This document shows, piece by piece, positions 47,150 to 60,550 of a stretch of 64,000 bases of DNA (position 1 is the first letter of the stretch; every line of letters starts with the position of its first letter). The notes under the pieces are model-generated. The model was not told where the DNA came from, made no database searches, and worked only from the letters and a program-made list of their open reading frames with translations. This stretch comes from Raillietiella orientalis (Eukaryota): assembly GCA_036172245.1 (NCBI GenBank), contig JAYWIR010000015.1:3162001-3226000 (forward strand), given 5' to 3'. A program made the translations under genes and the position numbers.

Positions 47150-48000
47150 TAAATAAGGATGCTAATAATCCAAGGTCATCGGTTGCCGAAGCGCTCTCTT
47201 GTGCGTTTCTTTCTATCCAGTCAGCGCCTGCGGGAGTTGACTCATAGGGTGTCCCCCCCCTCTCCGCAAGTCATTGGGTTCCCGCCGCAGCGGGGGATGT
47301 GCCGACCGGATGGGAAAGCAGGCGCGAGGTCGAGGGAGTCGGTCCAGGAGCGACCGTCGCACGCGAGAGAGGTGGCGTCAGGATGCGGGATGGATAACAA
47401 TGGCCGACCTTTTCAAGCAGTTTCCAATGGGGTGTGGGTTGACGGTGGGATGCGGGGGAGTGCTCTCTCAAGCTCTTCTTGGACTTGATTCCCTTCCGTC
47501 AGGGACAGAGAGGAAGCTTCGCTCCTGCGACTCCGAACGGGCATCGGAGGAAGCGCGGACGATTCCGCTCGCTGATTTTCGCGGTGCCTGAGGCGTTTCG
47601 TCCCATTGCCGCCAGGAGGCTGGAGAATCGGAGTCTTCCAGTCGCGGACTCTGGGAATGCTCGGAAGCCTCAGGCACGCAGGAGGATGCATGCCGTCGCG
47701 TGCCCAGCTATGGAGCGGTTTCCCTGCCGCGCCGCAGGTGGGGGGCGGTGACGCTCAACTTCCAGAGGATTCCGGGTTTCTCAGACAGCTGAGGAGGTGC
47801 TGGATTGGTCCCCAAACCGGAAACGGCCAGGTGAAAGGTCCGGAAGCCGGATGGCAGCCTCGGGGATTATCTTTGAACCCGTTCCAGGAGGAAAGGAAAC
47901 TCCCGCGGAGTCGGAAGCAGTCCGAAACAGGCGGGGGTGATGGTGGTGGTGGTGCGTGGCAACCCTGCTGCAGCTTCCGTTGCTCTGGGAGAATCGCCAC
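47150..48000 (+). mobile_element. Decayed L1/Tx1-like RT fragment
   Basis: NNG / FKQFPMGCGLTVGCGGVLSQALLGL (F...GVRQGCPLSP-like), then GWQPRGLSL (W..R.LSL). Confidence 0.4.
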
Positions 48001-50179
48001 GCCTTCTCGCTCACTACCGAAGACTCGTGCTGGTTCGAGTCCGGAAACCCGCCCTCCCGTCTGCGGCGACGCCGGACCACTCGCTGCCGTCACGTTCCTC
48101 TGGAGCGCATCGAGGGGAGCGAAACCGATTTTTCCTAACCACCATCCTTTCGGCACGAGGACGGGGGGGAGGGGGGGGGGGAAATCCTTGAATGCCCGCC
48201 CGCGAACTGTCCCGGGCCAAAGCGCCCTTTGAGCCGAGACCGACAGCTGGGGAGACGTCGTCCCCTCGATGATTTTGCTCGAGGACTCTAGGAGAACGCG
48301 AACGCCCACCCATACTCTTCCCGCGCATACCCGCGTGCGCAGCGTGCGCGCAGCTCACCTTACGCGCGGCTCGCTACCGGGACGCGCATCGGAGCTGCTC
48401 TGCCGCGGCAGCTCGCAGCGCACCATTCTTTTGCACGCAATCTCGGCCTACGCATGCGCGCATAGGTCGTCGGAGGTTCGCCCACACGGCAGCAGCACCG
48501 CAGTCCAAGGATTTGGGAGCGGATCCGTTTCCCTTGGTAGGGTAGCGGGAGAAGCTCCCGATGGTGGAGACCGTTCCACGACGTTTCCGCGGGCATCTTC
48601 TCAGCGCCTCCGGCTGAGCATAACGGGTGCCAGCACTCTGAAATTCCCGGACGGTAGTTTCGAGGCTTGTTGTCTTTCCCCGGCCGGAGGGCGAGAAGAT
48701 GCTCATCAGCAGGGGAAGGGAGTGTATCTTCCTTCTCCCTCCCCTTCCCTCCCCCCCTTCCCTACCAATCCGGATCCAGGGAGTGCCTTCGCACGAACCC
48801 TCTGTGAAGCGTGTTCGCAAGTCCAGGATGCGCATGGGCGCATGCGTGGTGGGTGTGAGTGGGGGGGAGGGGGGGAAGAAGGCATGGCACGTGTTTTTTC
48901 CAGCGCGCTCTGGACCACTCCGCGCCCGTCATCGTTGGGTCGTTCCGCCCATCCTCCGTCCGCTGGGTGCGCGCTGTCATTCCTCATTTTTCATCCGCAA
49001 GAATGCGCGTTTCGAGATAACTTCCTCGTAGTCACTTGATAAATCAAGATGATCGCTGGATAGTGATTAATAAATAATGCGGCGGATCCGGTGAAGAAAG
49101 GGGTCGCGTCTCTGAGCGCGCGCAGGAACGCGGCTTCTTTCCCTTCCTTTCTTTCTGGGCTCGCGCAAAGAAAGAAAGGAGGAAGGGAAAAAAGTGCCTC
49201 GCTTGTCCAGGGGAAGAAGGCGAAATCCTACGCGAGAGCTCTCCTCCTCCTCCTCCTCGTCACTGCAGCGGGGGCGCCGGGCCACGTGCAGACCGTGACT
49301 TTCCGTCTTTCCGCGGGGGAGTTCTCGTCGCCAGGGAAACGGGGGAGGCAGAGGCGGCGGCAGCACGAGCTCCGAGCCCCTTCGAGTAGTCCCGGCCGGT
49401 CAGGCAGAGACCTCGGTGCCAGAGAACGCAAACACCCAGGAATCCGACGCAAACACGTCCTCCATCACGCGGTGTTCTGGCAGCAGCAGCTTCGTGGCCA
49501 CGGTAACAAAGACACTAAATTTACTGGCACTGACAGTGGAATGAGAGAAAATGGTCCATCCATCACCGTTACTTGGGAAAGGAGGGAGGAGAAGGGGAAG
49601 GAAGGAGGGGAGGGGGTGGAGAGGAGGCGTTCTCAAAGAAGGAAAATCCGGAAAAGGAAAAAAAAGAAAAGAAAAATGGAGGTCGAGAGGGGGGGGGGGG
49701 AGTCCCCACCGCCGTGGTCGTCGGATCGCCGGCCGCAGGCGCGTGACGGCCGGCCGAGGCGCAGACCTGCGTCGTTCGTCCAGTAGGGCTTGCTCTCCCT
49801 TCCCTCCCCTTCCCTTAGCGCAAGAGAGAAGCGGGCGTACGCGCGTATCAGTCTCGAGGCACGGTCGAATGGCGCCATGGACGACCCGCTCGCGACCGGC
49901 GCGCACCCTGGTGTGCCCGCAGCAAGGCGAGCAACAAAGGAATGCGCACGCACGCACGCACGCACTCCTGCCCATTCCCTGTGAAATCGGGGAAGGAAGG
50001 GTGGGGGTGAGAAGTGAGGCGGGAGTAGTGATGGTGGTTCTGCTGGAGCCTCTGGACAAGCAAGAAAGGGCTTGGCTCGGAGCGCCTGACACCTCGCTTC
50101 TGACGCTGCAGACTGCAGCCTCCGAAACTGCCAAGAGCACGCTGGAAGATGCACACTTACGTAACAAAAGCACCCTGCA

Positions 50180-50560
50180 GAGGACGTTCGTGCACTCGTG
50201 CGCAAACGTCCTGATCAGGTGACCTCCGCGTACGCATCCCGGACACGTGCAGGTCACATCCACCTGCACGTAGCTATCGGAGTCACGCAAGCACCCACGT
50301 GTGTGAGTATGTGCTCATAGATACACTCATGCAAACGCATGCAAATTTCCATGCATTTATGTATAAACGCTTTACACATACATTCATGCACTATGTATTG
50401 CGTGCAACTGATGTGTGTGTGTACATGTGACAGGCGCGAACGTATGCGTTTCCATAACATGCGCCCAACAGACACGCGTGCATCTACCCCTGCATGCGTG
50501 TGTGGAGTTCGTACGCATGCGCGCATGCGGACGTACGCTCGCGTGCGCCTGAGCATGTAA
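50180..50560. repeat. Degenerate alternating purine-pyrimidine (CA/TG/CG/TA) tract
   Basis: cacgtgtgtgagtatgtgc...tacacatacattcatgcac...tgtgtgtgtgtacatgtg...gtacgcatgcgcgcatgcg. Confidence 0.75.
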
Positions 50561-52649
50561 ACGGACTCGGCGCTTGGGATAACCGGATTCTCAGCTTTCT
50601 CGAACCTCGGCTTCATTTCAGGCTCCCCTCCCCCCGGTCCCTACTCAGTGGGAGCGAGAACCCTCCGCGCCAGTGGGATCCCGAAGCGCCGGGCACCCCG
50701 GCTGCCGGCCCTTCCAAAGGGAGAGCCCGGCGGTGATGAGCTCCCCTAACTTCCTTCCCTAAGGGGAGAACGGTCCTTCGCCGCTCTCCATCTAAAGAGC
50801 AAGGAACGAGCTGCAGATCCGTCTCGTCGCCGATCCTCGCGCGCTTGGGAAGGAGGAGGAAGCTGTGAGGATGGGAATGCTGGTGGTGGTCTCCACTCCC
50901 ATGCCGCTCGGGGAGCGTGGGAGGACCTGGCGCCTCCCGCCGTTGTCCTGGGCAACGGATGAAAGTGCAGGTTCGGGATGGGGGAGCGGGCGGGAATTCC
51001 ATGAACAACCCGAGGAAATTTTCTCGGGCTGGGGCTCTGGCGTGTCTTCCTCATGTTTCTCTTCCTTCCGGGTCTAGTTGGCGCACCTGAGTATCGGGTG
51101 AAAATCTCGGTGGAAGCCGCTGCTGCAGCGGAATCCTCCCTCCTTCCTATCCCGGTAGTGGGATGAAGGCTCTGGCGAGAACCGGGAACTCCCACCGCCT
51201 CTGCTATGGAGGCCGACCTCGGGGTGGGAGTGGAGTTCAGGCGAGGGGGAATGCGGCATGAGGGCAGATCATCCATCCTCCTAGATCCTCTCCTCGTGGT
51301 TTTACCACCGTCCGAAAGGAGCAGGAAAAGGAGCAGAGACAGCGGCCACCGCCTCACATGGGAGTCACCGCTAGAGGAGTCTGTACGACCGAGAAGACGC
51401 CCCCAGGCCTCTCTCCGAGCTGTCAGGTCCGTCAGGCGCAAGCTCGGGAAAAATGCGAGTCGCCACGGCAACAGGAGCAAGGAAGCAGGGCAGCGCAGAA
51501 GTCCGACCGCGTCTTTCATCATCCTATGCCTCCGTTCCCCATTCCGCTTCCCGTTACCCTTCCTTCCACTAGGCTGGCTAACGCGGTGGGGAAGGTGGAG
51601 GAAGGCGGCATCACTCGAGACGCTGGGATCGACTGCGAATGCTTCACCGTTCCGTTGCCGGAGTAGCGCTGCGAACGGTGCGACAAAGAGATTCAGGGGT
51701 GCCTCAGAATGGAGGCGTTCTCTCTGTGGATCAGAGCCGTGTCACTGGAGCTTGAGCTTCCGGGCCCGTGGAGCCTGCAGGAAAATCCGCCGCTGTAGCG
51801 GAAACTAATTTTGCCCACCTTCCGTTAGGTGGCACTAGCCATCGGTCCAACCCCCTCCCGGTTGCATTCTTCCTCTGTTTCCCTTTTCCCTTGCAGGCCT
51901 TTCTGAAAGTGCGTTCGTCGTCCTTCCCAAGCCCATCCACGCGAGTCATGTAGTCGGTTTCCCATGCCTGCAAGCCGGAGAAAAAGGAAGTTTGAAGAGG
52001 GTGCTATAAGTCTCCTGGAACGCCCGACCCACGTCCTCGGAGTCCGCTACAAGAGAAAGCGTTTCTTAAGCAGAGGTCTGGAGAGACGTCTGCATCCCAG
52101 GATAGGAAACGCAGGGATGGAGGCGGATAGGAATGGGGATGATAGTAGGGAGTTTGCGTTTCTGCGAGCTGTCCTTTCCGCGAACGAGCAGGCGTAAGGA
52201 CTCCCTGGGCGCGACGTGTCTTCCTGGAAGGCGTTCTGCAGAGGCAGAGACAACCTCGCGCCTCCGACATCGTCGCCATCGTTGCGGGAGTGTCGTCCTG
52301 CTGTCTCCGCCAAGATGGACCGCTCCAGATCAGAGGCAGAAGAATCGGCGAAAAATCTTTTGTTGAGATTACGCAGAATCCCCAGCATCCTACCCTAACC
52401 CCGAGTGCCCCAGAAGCATGCTATCGAATCCTCGAGAGAAGAAAAAAACGCACGCACACACAATCGTACATTTCCTGGTCTTCCGAAGGAGAGTGCAGAG
52501 ATTCGCGGTTCCCTTCTCCCCTTTCCCCTCCTCCTTCTTGGTCTCAGGAGTTACTGGTCTGAGGTCTCAGGTTTGAGGAGTTACTTCATAAAGGGAAGGG
52601 GAAGGAAGAGATGACTGGAGCAGCTATCTTTCTCCCCTCTCATCTCATC

Positions 52650-55600
52650 GCCTAGCTAAAGATCTCTGACCTGCTATTTGCAGCTTCCCTCCTTCCCCCT
52701 ACTCCTTCCCAGTCCTGCTTTTTCAATCCGGACTGCAGGTCTGGCTGATTCCATTCTGGATGTTTGTGAGACGGAACTTTCCAGGATCTCGAGGATGCAA
52801 GAGCTGCTAGCCTCAGGGATGATCCCACCGTTTGTGCGCATCCTCTGGGGATCCGCGGCAAAACAGTGATGGTCAAGAGGCCCGCAGGCTGGGGGAGCTT
52901 CTTCGTCCGTGCGCCCTCTTAGCCAACGGCCAATGGCCGTTGGTCGATCTCATGTGGGAAGTTAGTCCAGACCGAATCACTTGAATGCTACATCCTGAAA
53001 GTACTGAAGTCTTCCTCCCCCTCCGTTGAGTTCTGGAATGGACGTTTCAAAAGAAGCCCGGATGCCGGAGGTAGTGATTGCTCGTAAGACAGCTCCTTCA
53101 GCGAGGGAAGAAGGATGCCGAATTGTGTCGAGTCGGAGTTTAGAGATCTGCTGATAGATTTTTCCTGCTCAGACTGCAAGGGGGAGAGGTGGGACGAGCC
53201 TGTCTGGAGATTTTCACCCTTCATCGGAAGCACTCGAAGAATGTCCAGAGAACCAGGCAGGTTATCTGTACGGAGGAGATTGCGTAGGATATTGCGGACT
53301 AATGAAAGAGAGAAACTCGGTGAGCGTGTGGGAACAAGGGCGATCGGTTGCGAGTAAGATATGATGTGTGCCTGGACTGCAGCCAGCCTCCGTAACCTAG
53401 CAGCAGAAGGAAAGGAGAGAACAGAAAAGAGATTCTTCCTTCCCAGGAAGAAGATCGCTCTTTCGTTTTTGCCCCAAGGAAAGGCACCAATTCACTGCTG
53501 AACTGCGGAAATCGTGCCGTTGTTGCAGGAAGTCCAACGGCTGTCTGGGAACAGTTGAACAAGTGTTGAACAGTTGAACAACCCTGTGCTCAAGTGTTTT
53601 GGAGAAGGGTTCCCATGGCTTGTGGTTTCCACAGCGACCTCAGAAAAAAAAAAAAAAAAAACGAACCGATATTTTGCAGATTGTTTTTCCCTTCCTTAGC
53701 ACTCCTGCTGGGACACTGAGGCATTCTCACTCCTAGGCCTTCCAGAAAGCTTCTACGAAAGAGGTGCTGAGCCATTTCGTCCGCCTTGTGGGCTTCCTTC
53801 GAGTCCACGCCATTCTTATCGTCTTCACCCGACCTGGAATATCAGGGATGGCATAGATGCCAACGCCTTTGAAGAATTCCGGTTCTTTAGACGCGCACAT
53901 CATTGATTGGGCTATCAGCTCGAGATACTTTACCCTCACCATCCTCATCCTCTCCTTTCCCGTCGTCCAGCATCCTTTCTCTCCTCAGTTCGCGGTTATG
54001 AAGTCCAGAAGGGCAGTGGCGTTCCTCTTGCTAGAAGGGAGAAGCAAAGTTGAACAAAAAGATCTCAAGCGTTGCCCTTTTTGCGAAGTTTCTATGGAGA
54101 TCGTTGGTGGACACTTCCGGCAGGAGGTCTGTGGAACGCCTGTTCCCGAACGAGATCGGGAACCCCCTACGCCACTCGTATCCGCGGAGGTGCTTTCCGT
54201 TCCTTACTCGTGTCTTCGAATGGAAGGAGAGTCGAGACTTTAGATTGTCGGGTTTGTGGGCAGGCAAGGGAGACGGTTCGAAAGGCAACAGAGTCTGGAA
54301 CTTGAAGAGAATCCCTTCGTTCAAGTAGCCCTCCCTCCTCCCTGATATGTGGGACTCTGGTTTTAGAGATCCGTTGATCCCCGCGATCGAAGCGCCACTC
54401 CTGAGACGCGAAGAGGGCGGATAGATGCCGACAGCCATCTCGAGTGAGAGAAACACTCTACTGGAATGGAGAAGGGATCGGGAGTCTGTGCCAGAAGTGT
54501 GCAGCTGTCGTTTGGTTTCTCCAACCCTCTGTTCTGTCTATGAGACTCTCTCATTTTCCTCCTGCACACGTCCTCTGCGTTCTTCCTCTGACTTTTTTCC
54601 CTCCCTTCTTCGGAGCTACCCAAGTTCTACCGTGGGGCGGAGATAGAATCGCCAGCATCGTCCAGAAGCAGACACTTCCATGTTCAACCTTCCATGGCCA
54701 CCCCAGCAGCAGGCTGGAGAGACATTAGAATGGATGATGATGTGGCGGTGATGGGAGGGAGGGAGGAGGAGGAGTGTTGTGATGAGCTTGCGTAGAACCA
54801 GCAAAGCCAAATCGGACACGTGAGAAAAGACTGCGAATCGCAGATAGTAGAGGGGAATCTGGAGACCCAAGGTCTTGTCTACCCGTGACGGGCACAGGAA
54901 AAGAGTGCTGGAGTCATGAGAGAGGAATAGCAAGGCACGGTTGGTTTGGGGAAAGGGTTTCATTAGCACACCATCTCCGTGCGAACCGAGGAGTAACTCT
55001 ACGGAAACACCTGAGCTCTCAGCCGAACAGCTACCTGGAAGAGGCAGCCGGTGGAGAGGTGAAGACGCGCACCGCGTTCCCAGCACCTGGGATCATCTGA
55101 TCCCAGACAATAAACGCCTGCGAAGGAACTCAAGGGTCCACGACGACCACCCTCAGACGCTGGGCCTGCAAAATTAAGCGCGTGTTCGGGCATGGGGTGA
55201 TGGCTCTCCTACCGTGATCCCTCCTGGAGTCACCATCTTTCCGCACGCTCGACAACGAGACATAGTCTCAAACTCAAGCGATTCTTACAGGGAAATTTCC
55301 CTTTGCCCTTCGCTCCTTCCTGAAAGACACCTATTTGCTTCGCAAAAGCTATCAGAACTAGGTCCAGCAAAAGGAAAGCATTCCGGTGTTTCCCGCTCCC
55401 TCTGGAAGGGCTGACCTTGGAAGACACTCTCTGGCTCACAGTGGGCGGAGTGAGTGCGAAAGAGCGTGCCTATGTGGCGAGCTCTCTCGCTCTGCTCGCT
55501 CCAGTCGCCACTCAGCCATTTCCGCTGCTCCCATTCGGAGGAAGCAGATGGACCATTCTAGTCACACCTTCTTTTTTCTTTTTTTTTTTTGATCCGTCAA

Positions 55601-55990
55601 AGGTTTGTTCCGGACATTAGGAACACCTCATCCGGAAGAGCCAAGAGTTTCGATCCACTGGGAGGAGGCGGCTGTGCAGAGAGATTCGTTCTTCCACTCC
55701 GGAGTTTCCGTTTCGGGAGGACGGATTCTGCAGACGTTCCCTTTCAGAGGTGCAGACTAATGCCGGTGCCAGCGACAGTGTCGCGGATCGGATCAGCCGC
55801 CTTGGCGACTGTGCGTAGCGACCCTTCGTCTAGCTCAGCAGCCTTGGCCGCCTCGAGGTGGGCAGATGCGATGACGCAACCGCGCTCTCCGGAGAGTGAC
55901 ATCCCCTCAGAGGGTTTACTGCTGTTGACGGATCCTCGGAAGACATCCGAGGCGGATCCGGAAACGCCTGCGTTCCGTGATGACATGCAC
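52650..55990 (-). mobile_element. Decayed L1/Tx1-like RT fragments (~52650-55500 and ~55620-55990)
   Basis: ASIAGINGSLKPESHISGRREG...LFKFQTLLPFEP, RVKYLEL, PGRVKTI; separately GMSLSGERGCVIAS...SVLPKRKLRSG. Confidence 0.5.
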
Positions 55991-58849
55991 TCACGAGCGG
56001 ACAGACCCGTACACTCCTGTGTATGTGTTCGTGAGTTCACTTAAGGGAACACGTGTTGGTGCAGCGAGCTCGACGCGCATCCCGTGCCTGGGTGGAAAAA
56101 TCCGTTTGCTAGGGGGGTCCAGACGTGGCTGACTGCAAGCTCGAGAATCTGTTGGTAAAGTGGCGCGCTCTCGCGGCGACGCGTTCGCTGTCCGCCCACC
56201 TCCACATCAGATGACGGGGCGCGTTTTTTTTTTTTTTTTTATTTGGCTTTCTCGATTCTTCTGCCCGCCGATCCATGCGCCTGCGCGTTCGTAGCGGAGG
56301 ATTTCGGCGCTGGATCTCTTCCACCCGTCCGGTCCTTCAGAAGAGGAGCGAGGGGCCGAGTGCAGGGGTGGGGTTGGGGTGGGGCGCGAAGCCCAACAGG
56401 AGGAGGGACTACCCTTGGGCTTCGCGAGACTCCATCTTCCTGCCGGAAGTCCTAGGGACTTCCAGGCCGGTTCCTCAGCTACGGCCCTGCGGGAAGCGGG
56501 AGTCGCGAGCCTCTTCCTGTGCTGCCTGCGTTGGCCAAAGGAAGTGGACGGGGGAGGACGCGGGCGCGCGGAGCTGTCTCTCTGCTCTCAGTCCACCTGT
56601 TGCGTGCGGCTGCGCTCGTTTTAGTCTGCGTAGGCGGGGTAGGGATGCCGACTGCCCTCGGGAGTGATGATGGGCAAACCGGGCGTTCTGTGTGGCGGAA
56701 CTGCTGGGAAGGGTTGTTTCGTTTCGTTTCCTTGCCACCGAGGTCTCCTGGCCATTCATTCGGGAGCCAGGACGTTCCGCTCCTCCATACCCTTTCGTGG
56801 AGAACGCGAGAGTCCTCTCCCTCTCCTCCCCCAATCAAAGTTTTTCGGCAATAAGGAGGAGAATCAGGGACGTCTTGCGGCTGCCGTTCTACCGGGGGAA
56901 GGCCGCGGGGAACGCACTGCTCCTGAGGCGGGACGGGATGCTACCGGACAGGCGCGCGCGTCGTCCAAGGTAGGGGAGGGGTGGAGGGGTGCCTTGCGCT
57001 TACTGAGATGCCCTCTGCGACCTCTCAGGGATGCGGAGGAGGGAGGAGAGTTCCAGGCGAAGCTCCGCTCCCTCTCCCATGCCCCCTCTCCGGCCGCGAT
57101 CGGGTGCGTCTGTCCGCCGCTTCCAGGACAGACCCCTCGAGGAAGAGGCTGGCCGTTTCGAGGAGCATAAGCTCCTCTTCTTTCTTATCCCCACTCCTAG
57201 AGGGAACGTGGTGGCCCCACAAGCGTGTCCTCCTTTCCCGCTTTTCTATCAGGATCCTTGCCGGGGAAAAGGTAGGGGGCACCGCGCTGCTGATCAAATT
57301 CCGAGCCTCCTCCCCTCCCCATTCCTTTTCTCTCCTCTTTTCCATCCCTGCTCGCTCCAGGGGAGAGGCTGCGAAAGCGGAGAGCCGCTTTCCTCCTCCT
57401 CCCCCTCCTCCTTCGCTCGTATTCCTCTTCAGCCAAAGAGACGGCGGCAGCAGCAGCACGGGGGGTGAGGGGAGGCGGAGGGGAACAGGATGCTTCACAG
57501 GACGCCTCAGCATGCGGGAATCTGAGGTAGAGATGCGCGCGCGCGGTCGAGCCGCGGGGTCTCCTCTTCCTCCCCCCCCCCTCCTTGCTTTCTGGCTGGC
57601 GCTCTCCTTCGCCAGCGCGCGCTTCTTTTCCCGTTTTCTTCCTCTCCCTCCCCGTGTGTTTGGAAAAAAAGAAAGGAGGAGGGAAGAAAAGAAAGGAAGG
57701 AGAGGAGAGGAGAGGACCGGGGAGAGAGATGATTTCTATTCCGTGCTGCCTCTCCGCGTCACCGGCAAACTTCGTTATCGACGCTGATTCCAGATGACGT
57801 ATAAATCAGTGTCTTTTCATTACCATTGTGATTTCCCGGAGGATAAATGGGTTAAGTGACGTTCAACGCTTCATTTGCGCCGGGATTTATGGCGGATGGC
57901 TGCGAGCTGGAACGGTCCAGGAAACTTTTGTGAGTGTCTGGAGCATACGCCATCGCCGAAAAATATGGTAATTGTAATCCGTGCTCAGGGTGATTCGGCC
58001 GCATCGAAGGGGTCATTCGGGCTGATTTATGTGCCTCCGCACTCCGGCGCGAGGTGACGTCTGCACGTAGCCGGCACAAAGCGCGCACTCGGCCTCCTCC
58101 TCCCTCCTCCGCTTCCTCCTTCGCTCGCTGGCGCCTCTCGCTAGCGGGCTGCCATCTGCGAAGAGCCAGACGGCTCGAGAGACACGTGGCTCCCGCTGGA
58201 TGGAGTCCTCATCGTCTCTGACCTCGATCCCGCAAGGAGGAAGGGAGCAAGGGAGGGGAGGAAAGGGAAGAAGAAACAACAACAAGACGACAAAAAAAAC
58301 CCGCTCCCGGTTTCCGAACCGGGAGGTGGAGAAGGGAGAGGCGGGAGACGGCGGGCAGCTCGAAAACACGAATTAGATTTATTCCCGCAGTGTTCTTTTG
58401 CCAGAGGTTCTGCAGCGAACCCGGTCCGTGCTCGCCTTCCAGTTCCCCCTTCGGGCGTTGGTAAAGGAAATGACACGCCCTTCGAAGAGGGGAGATGATC
58501 TGTCTTGTAGGTGGAAGGAAGGAGAAGACAAGAAGCGAAGAAGGGGGGGAGGGGGTAGAAGCAGGAGGAGAAAGCTTCAACCACGTTCTTCTCAGAATAG
58601 TTTCTCCTCCGGGACGATCTGGAACTGTGAGGGGAAGAGGGACTCATCCAGGGACCACAGCCCACAAAGGCTCAGGGGAGCTCAGAGATTCGCGGTGAAA
58701 GAGCTGCGCCCTCTCTCTCTCGAAGCGGTGGAGGGCCGGGAGGGAGAGATGCTGTGCTTCCTTCTCTCGGCCAGGGGGAGGAGGAAGGGAGAGGGGAAGA
58801 AAAAAGCTGCAGAGGAGCAGCAGACGCCACCGCGACAGGAGCTGAAGAC

Positions 58850-60550
58850 TGCTTGGATGGGCATGAGAACCTCCCCGGATGCCCGGAGCTCGTGGTCACT
58901 CAGAGATATCCGGCGAAAGTTCAAGTTTCCCTTCAGCTTCCGGGCTCGAGCCAACGCATTCTGAAAGGCAACACCCCCCTCCGCGGTTCGAGTCTCATGG
59001 AGAGGAGAGTGAGGGGTAAGAGAAGGAAATCGAGCTGCTCCGTGGTGCAGGAAGCGGCTGCGGGAGTGACCATGGGAACGGCGACAGTGGAGAGAGGAGG
59101 TCGGAGGAGACTGGAGAACGTGGCATCGCTCACCACCATTGTGCTCGACCGGACAGAGCAACGGGGCGTTGCTAGGACCTCCACCTTCCTGCCTGTGAAG
59201 AGTCTCTTCTCCTGGGGTAATTCTACGGATGACCCTTTCTTTCATGACGCGGGGTGAGAGCGCGCGATGTTTGTCGAGGACTCCAGCCTCGGAAAACAAG
59301 GCGAGGTGGGAACGCAGGGAGAAAGAGGAGAGTGGCGTGGAAATCCTTCCTCCCGACGGTCGTCTTCATAGGCCGACTGATCTCAGGACTAACTGTCCGG
59401 AAGCGGGTCACTCGGAGAACAGAGGCATTGCCGCCTATAGCGTTTGATGAACGTTTAATGAACCGTAGACGGAGAGCTCTTTCGTAGACAAGAGGGGATT
59501 CGGTTGCCGCTCAAACGGCTACCATGGTGAACGAAGGGTGATGGCGGTGATACTCCGGGACCTGTCCCCTTGATCTGGAGAATGGAATTTTCCGAAGGAA
59601 GGCAGGACGGACGAGCAGGGGGTGAAGAAGGTGACAACCTCCTTCTTGCTTTTTCCCTCCCTCAATCGGCTTTCAGGAGCAGGTGGCCTCTCTACATCTG
59701 CTGCGACACGAGCCCTTCCAGCTGAAGGTGAATCCTCGTGCAGATGAAAAGCAAAAACGGATCCTGCCGTTAGGCGCACCTAAGGACTTCCTACTGGAAT
59801 CCCCGTCTCTCTCACTCTCCTTGATCGTCACCTCTTTCTTCCTAGCTCATCCTTTCCCCCTCCTTCTTTGCTGTAGCCTACTCTCGGAGGCAGTGTTCCA
59901 AAGGACCAAAGGATCCTCAATCTCCCCAATCGAGAGTCGCCACACTGTTCTTCCTTCATTCCTGAACCATCCTTGTCAAGATGACCGCAGGAATCTCCTG
60001 AACCAATAGGCTGCCATAGCCCAGTTGGGAAGGCGCTCTTTGGGAACAGAGCATCACAGCCAGCCTGCACCGTTCTTTGAGATGCTCCCTTTCGACGGCG
60101 GCAGTAGGGGAGGATGACATCCTCTCGTATGTCGGAGGCATCTTCCCATACAAAGGAGGCATCTTTTCCGCTTCTCGCGCATCACGCCCTCTCATCTGAC
60201 TTGCAGAAGGTTTCTTCCCCTGACTGAGACGCTCTGTCTCCCCAGGCACTCATTGTGAGTCGGTTCTGAGTCTCCGCCGGAGCCCAGCATGAGCCACAAA
60301 CCGACAAGGGCCGGCTGGACGCCGCCCCACAGTCCGAGCCCCTTGGTGAACTGCGGTCCCTTTGCTTTTGTCCTCTCCATCCCGGTGTCTCGCAAAAAGG
60401 AAATGAGGCGAGCCGGGAAGGCCTTCCTGAAGACCTCTGATAGATTCGCCGCCGGCTTCCTGAGCCCCTCTCCGGGGAGGAAGGCCACCGCCTTCTTTCC
60501 TGCGACAGACGGTCCCGCCAGGGCCGAGGCACTTGAAAGGCTCCCGCTAT
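58850..60550 (-). mobile_element. Decayed L1/Tx1-like RT domain
   Basis: Ordered remnants: MERTKAKGPQFTKGLGLWGGVQPAL (KSPGPDG-like), ALFPKSAFPTG..PI, NGRIRFCFSSARG, RLFTGRKVEV and RTAEGGVAF. Confidence 0.55.

Noticed and set aside
53549..53582. Short direct repeats (AACAGTTGAACAA x2; similar 9-11 bp duplications near 12382, 13317 and 28867)
   Set aside because: Ordinary slippage duplications with no repeat-spacer structure; not CRISPR-like.
60053..60064. ATCACAGCCAGC match to the miR-2 5' region
   Set aside because: The 3' half does not match, there is no complementary arm, and it lies inside a LINE fossil.
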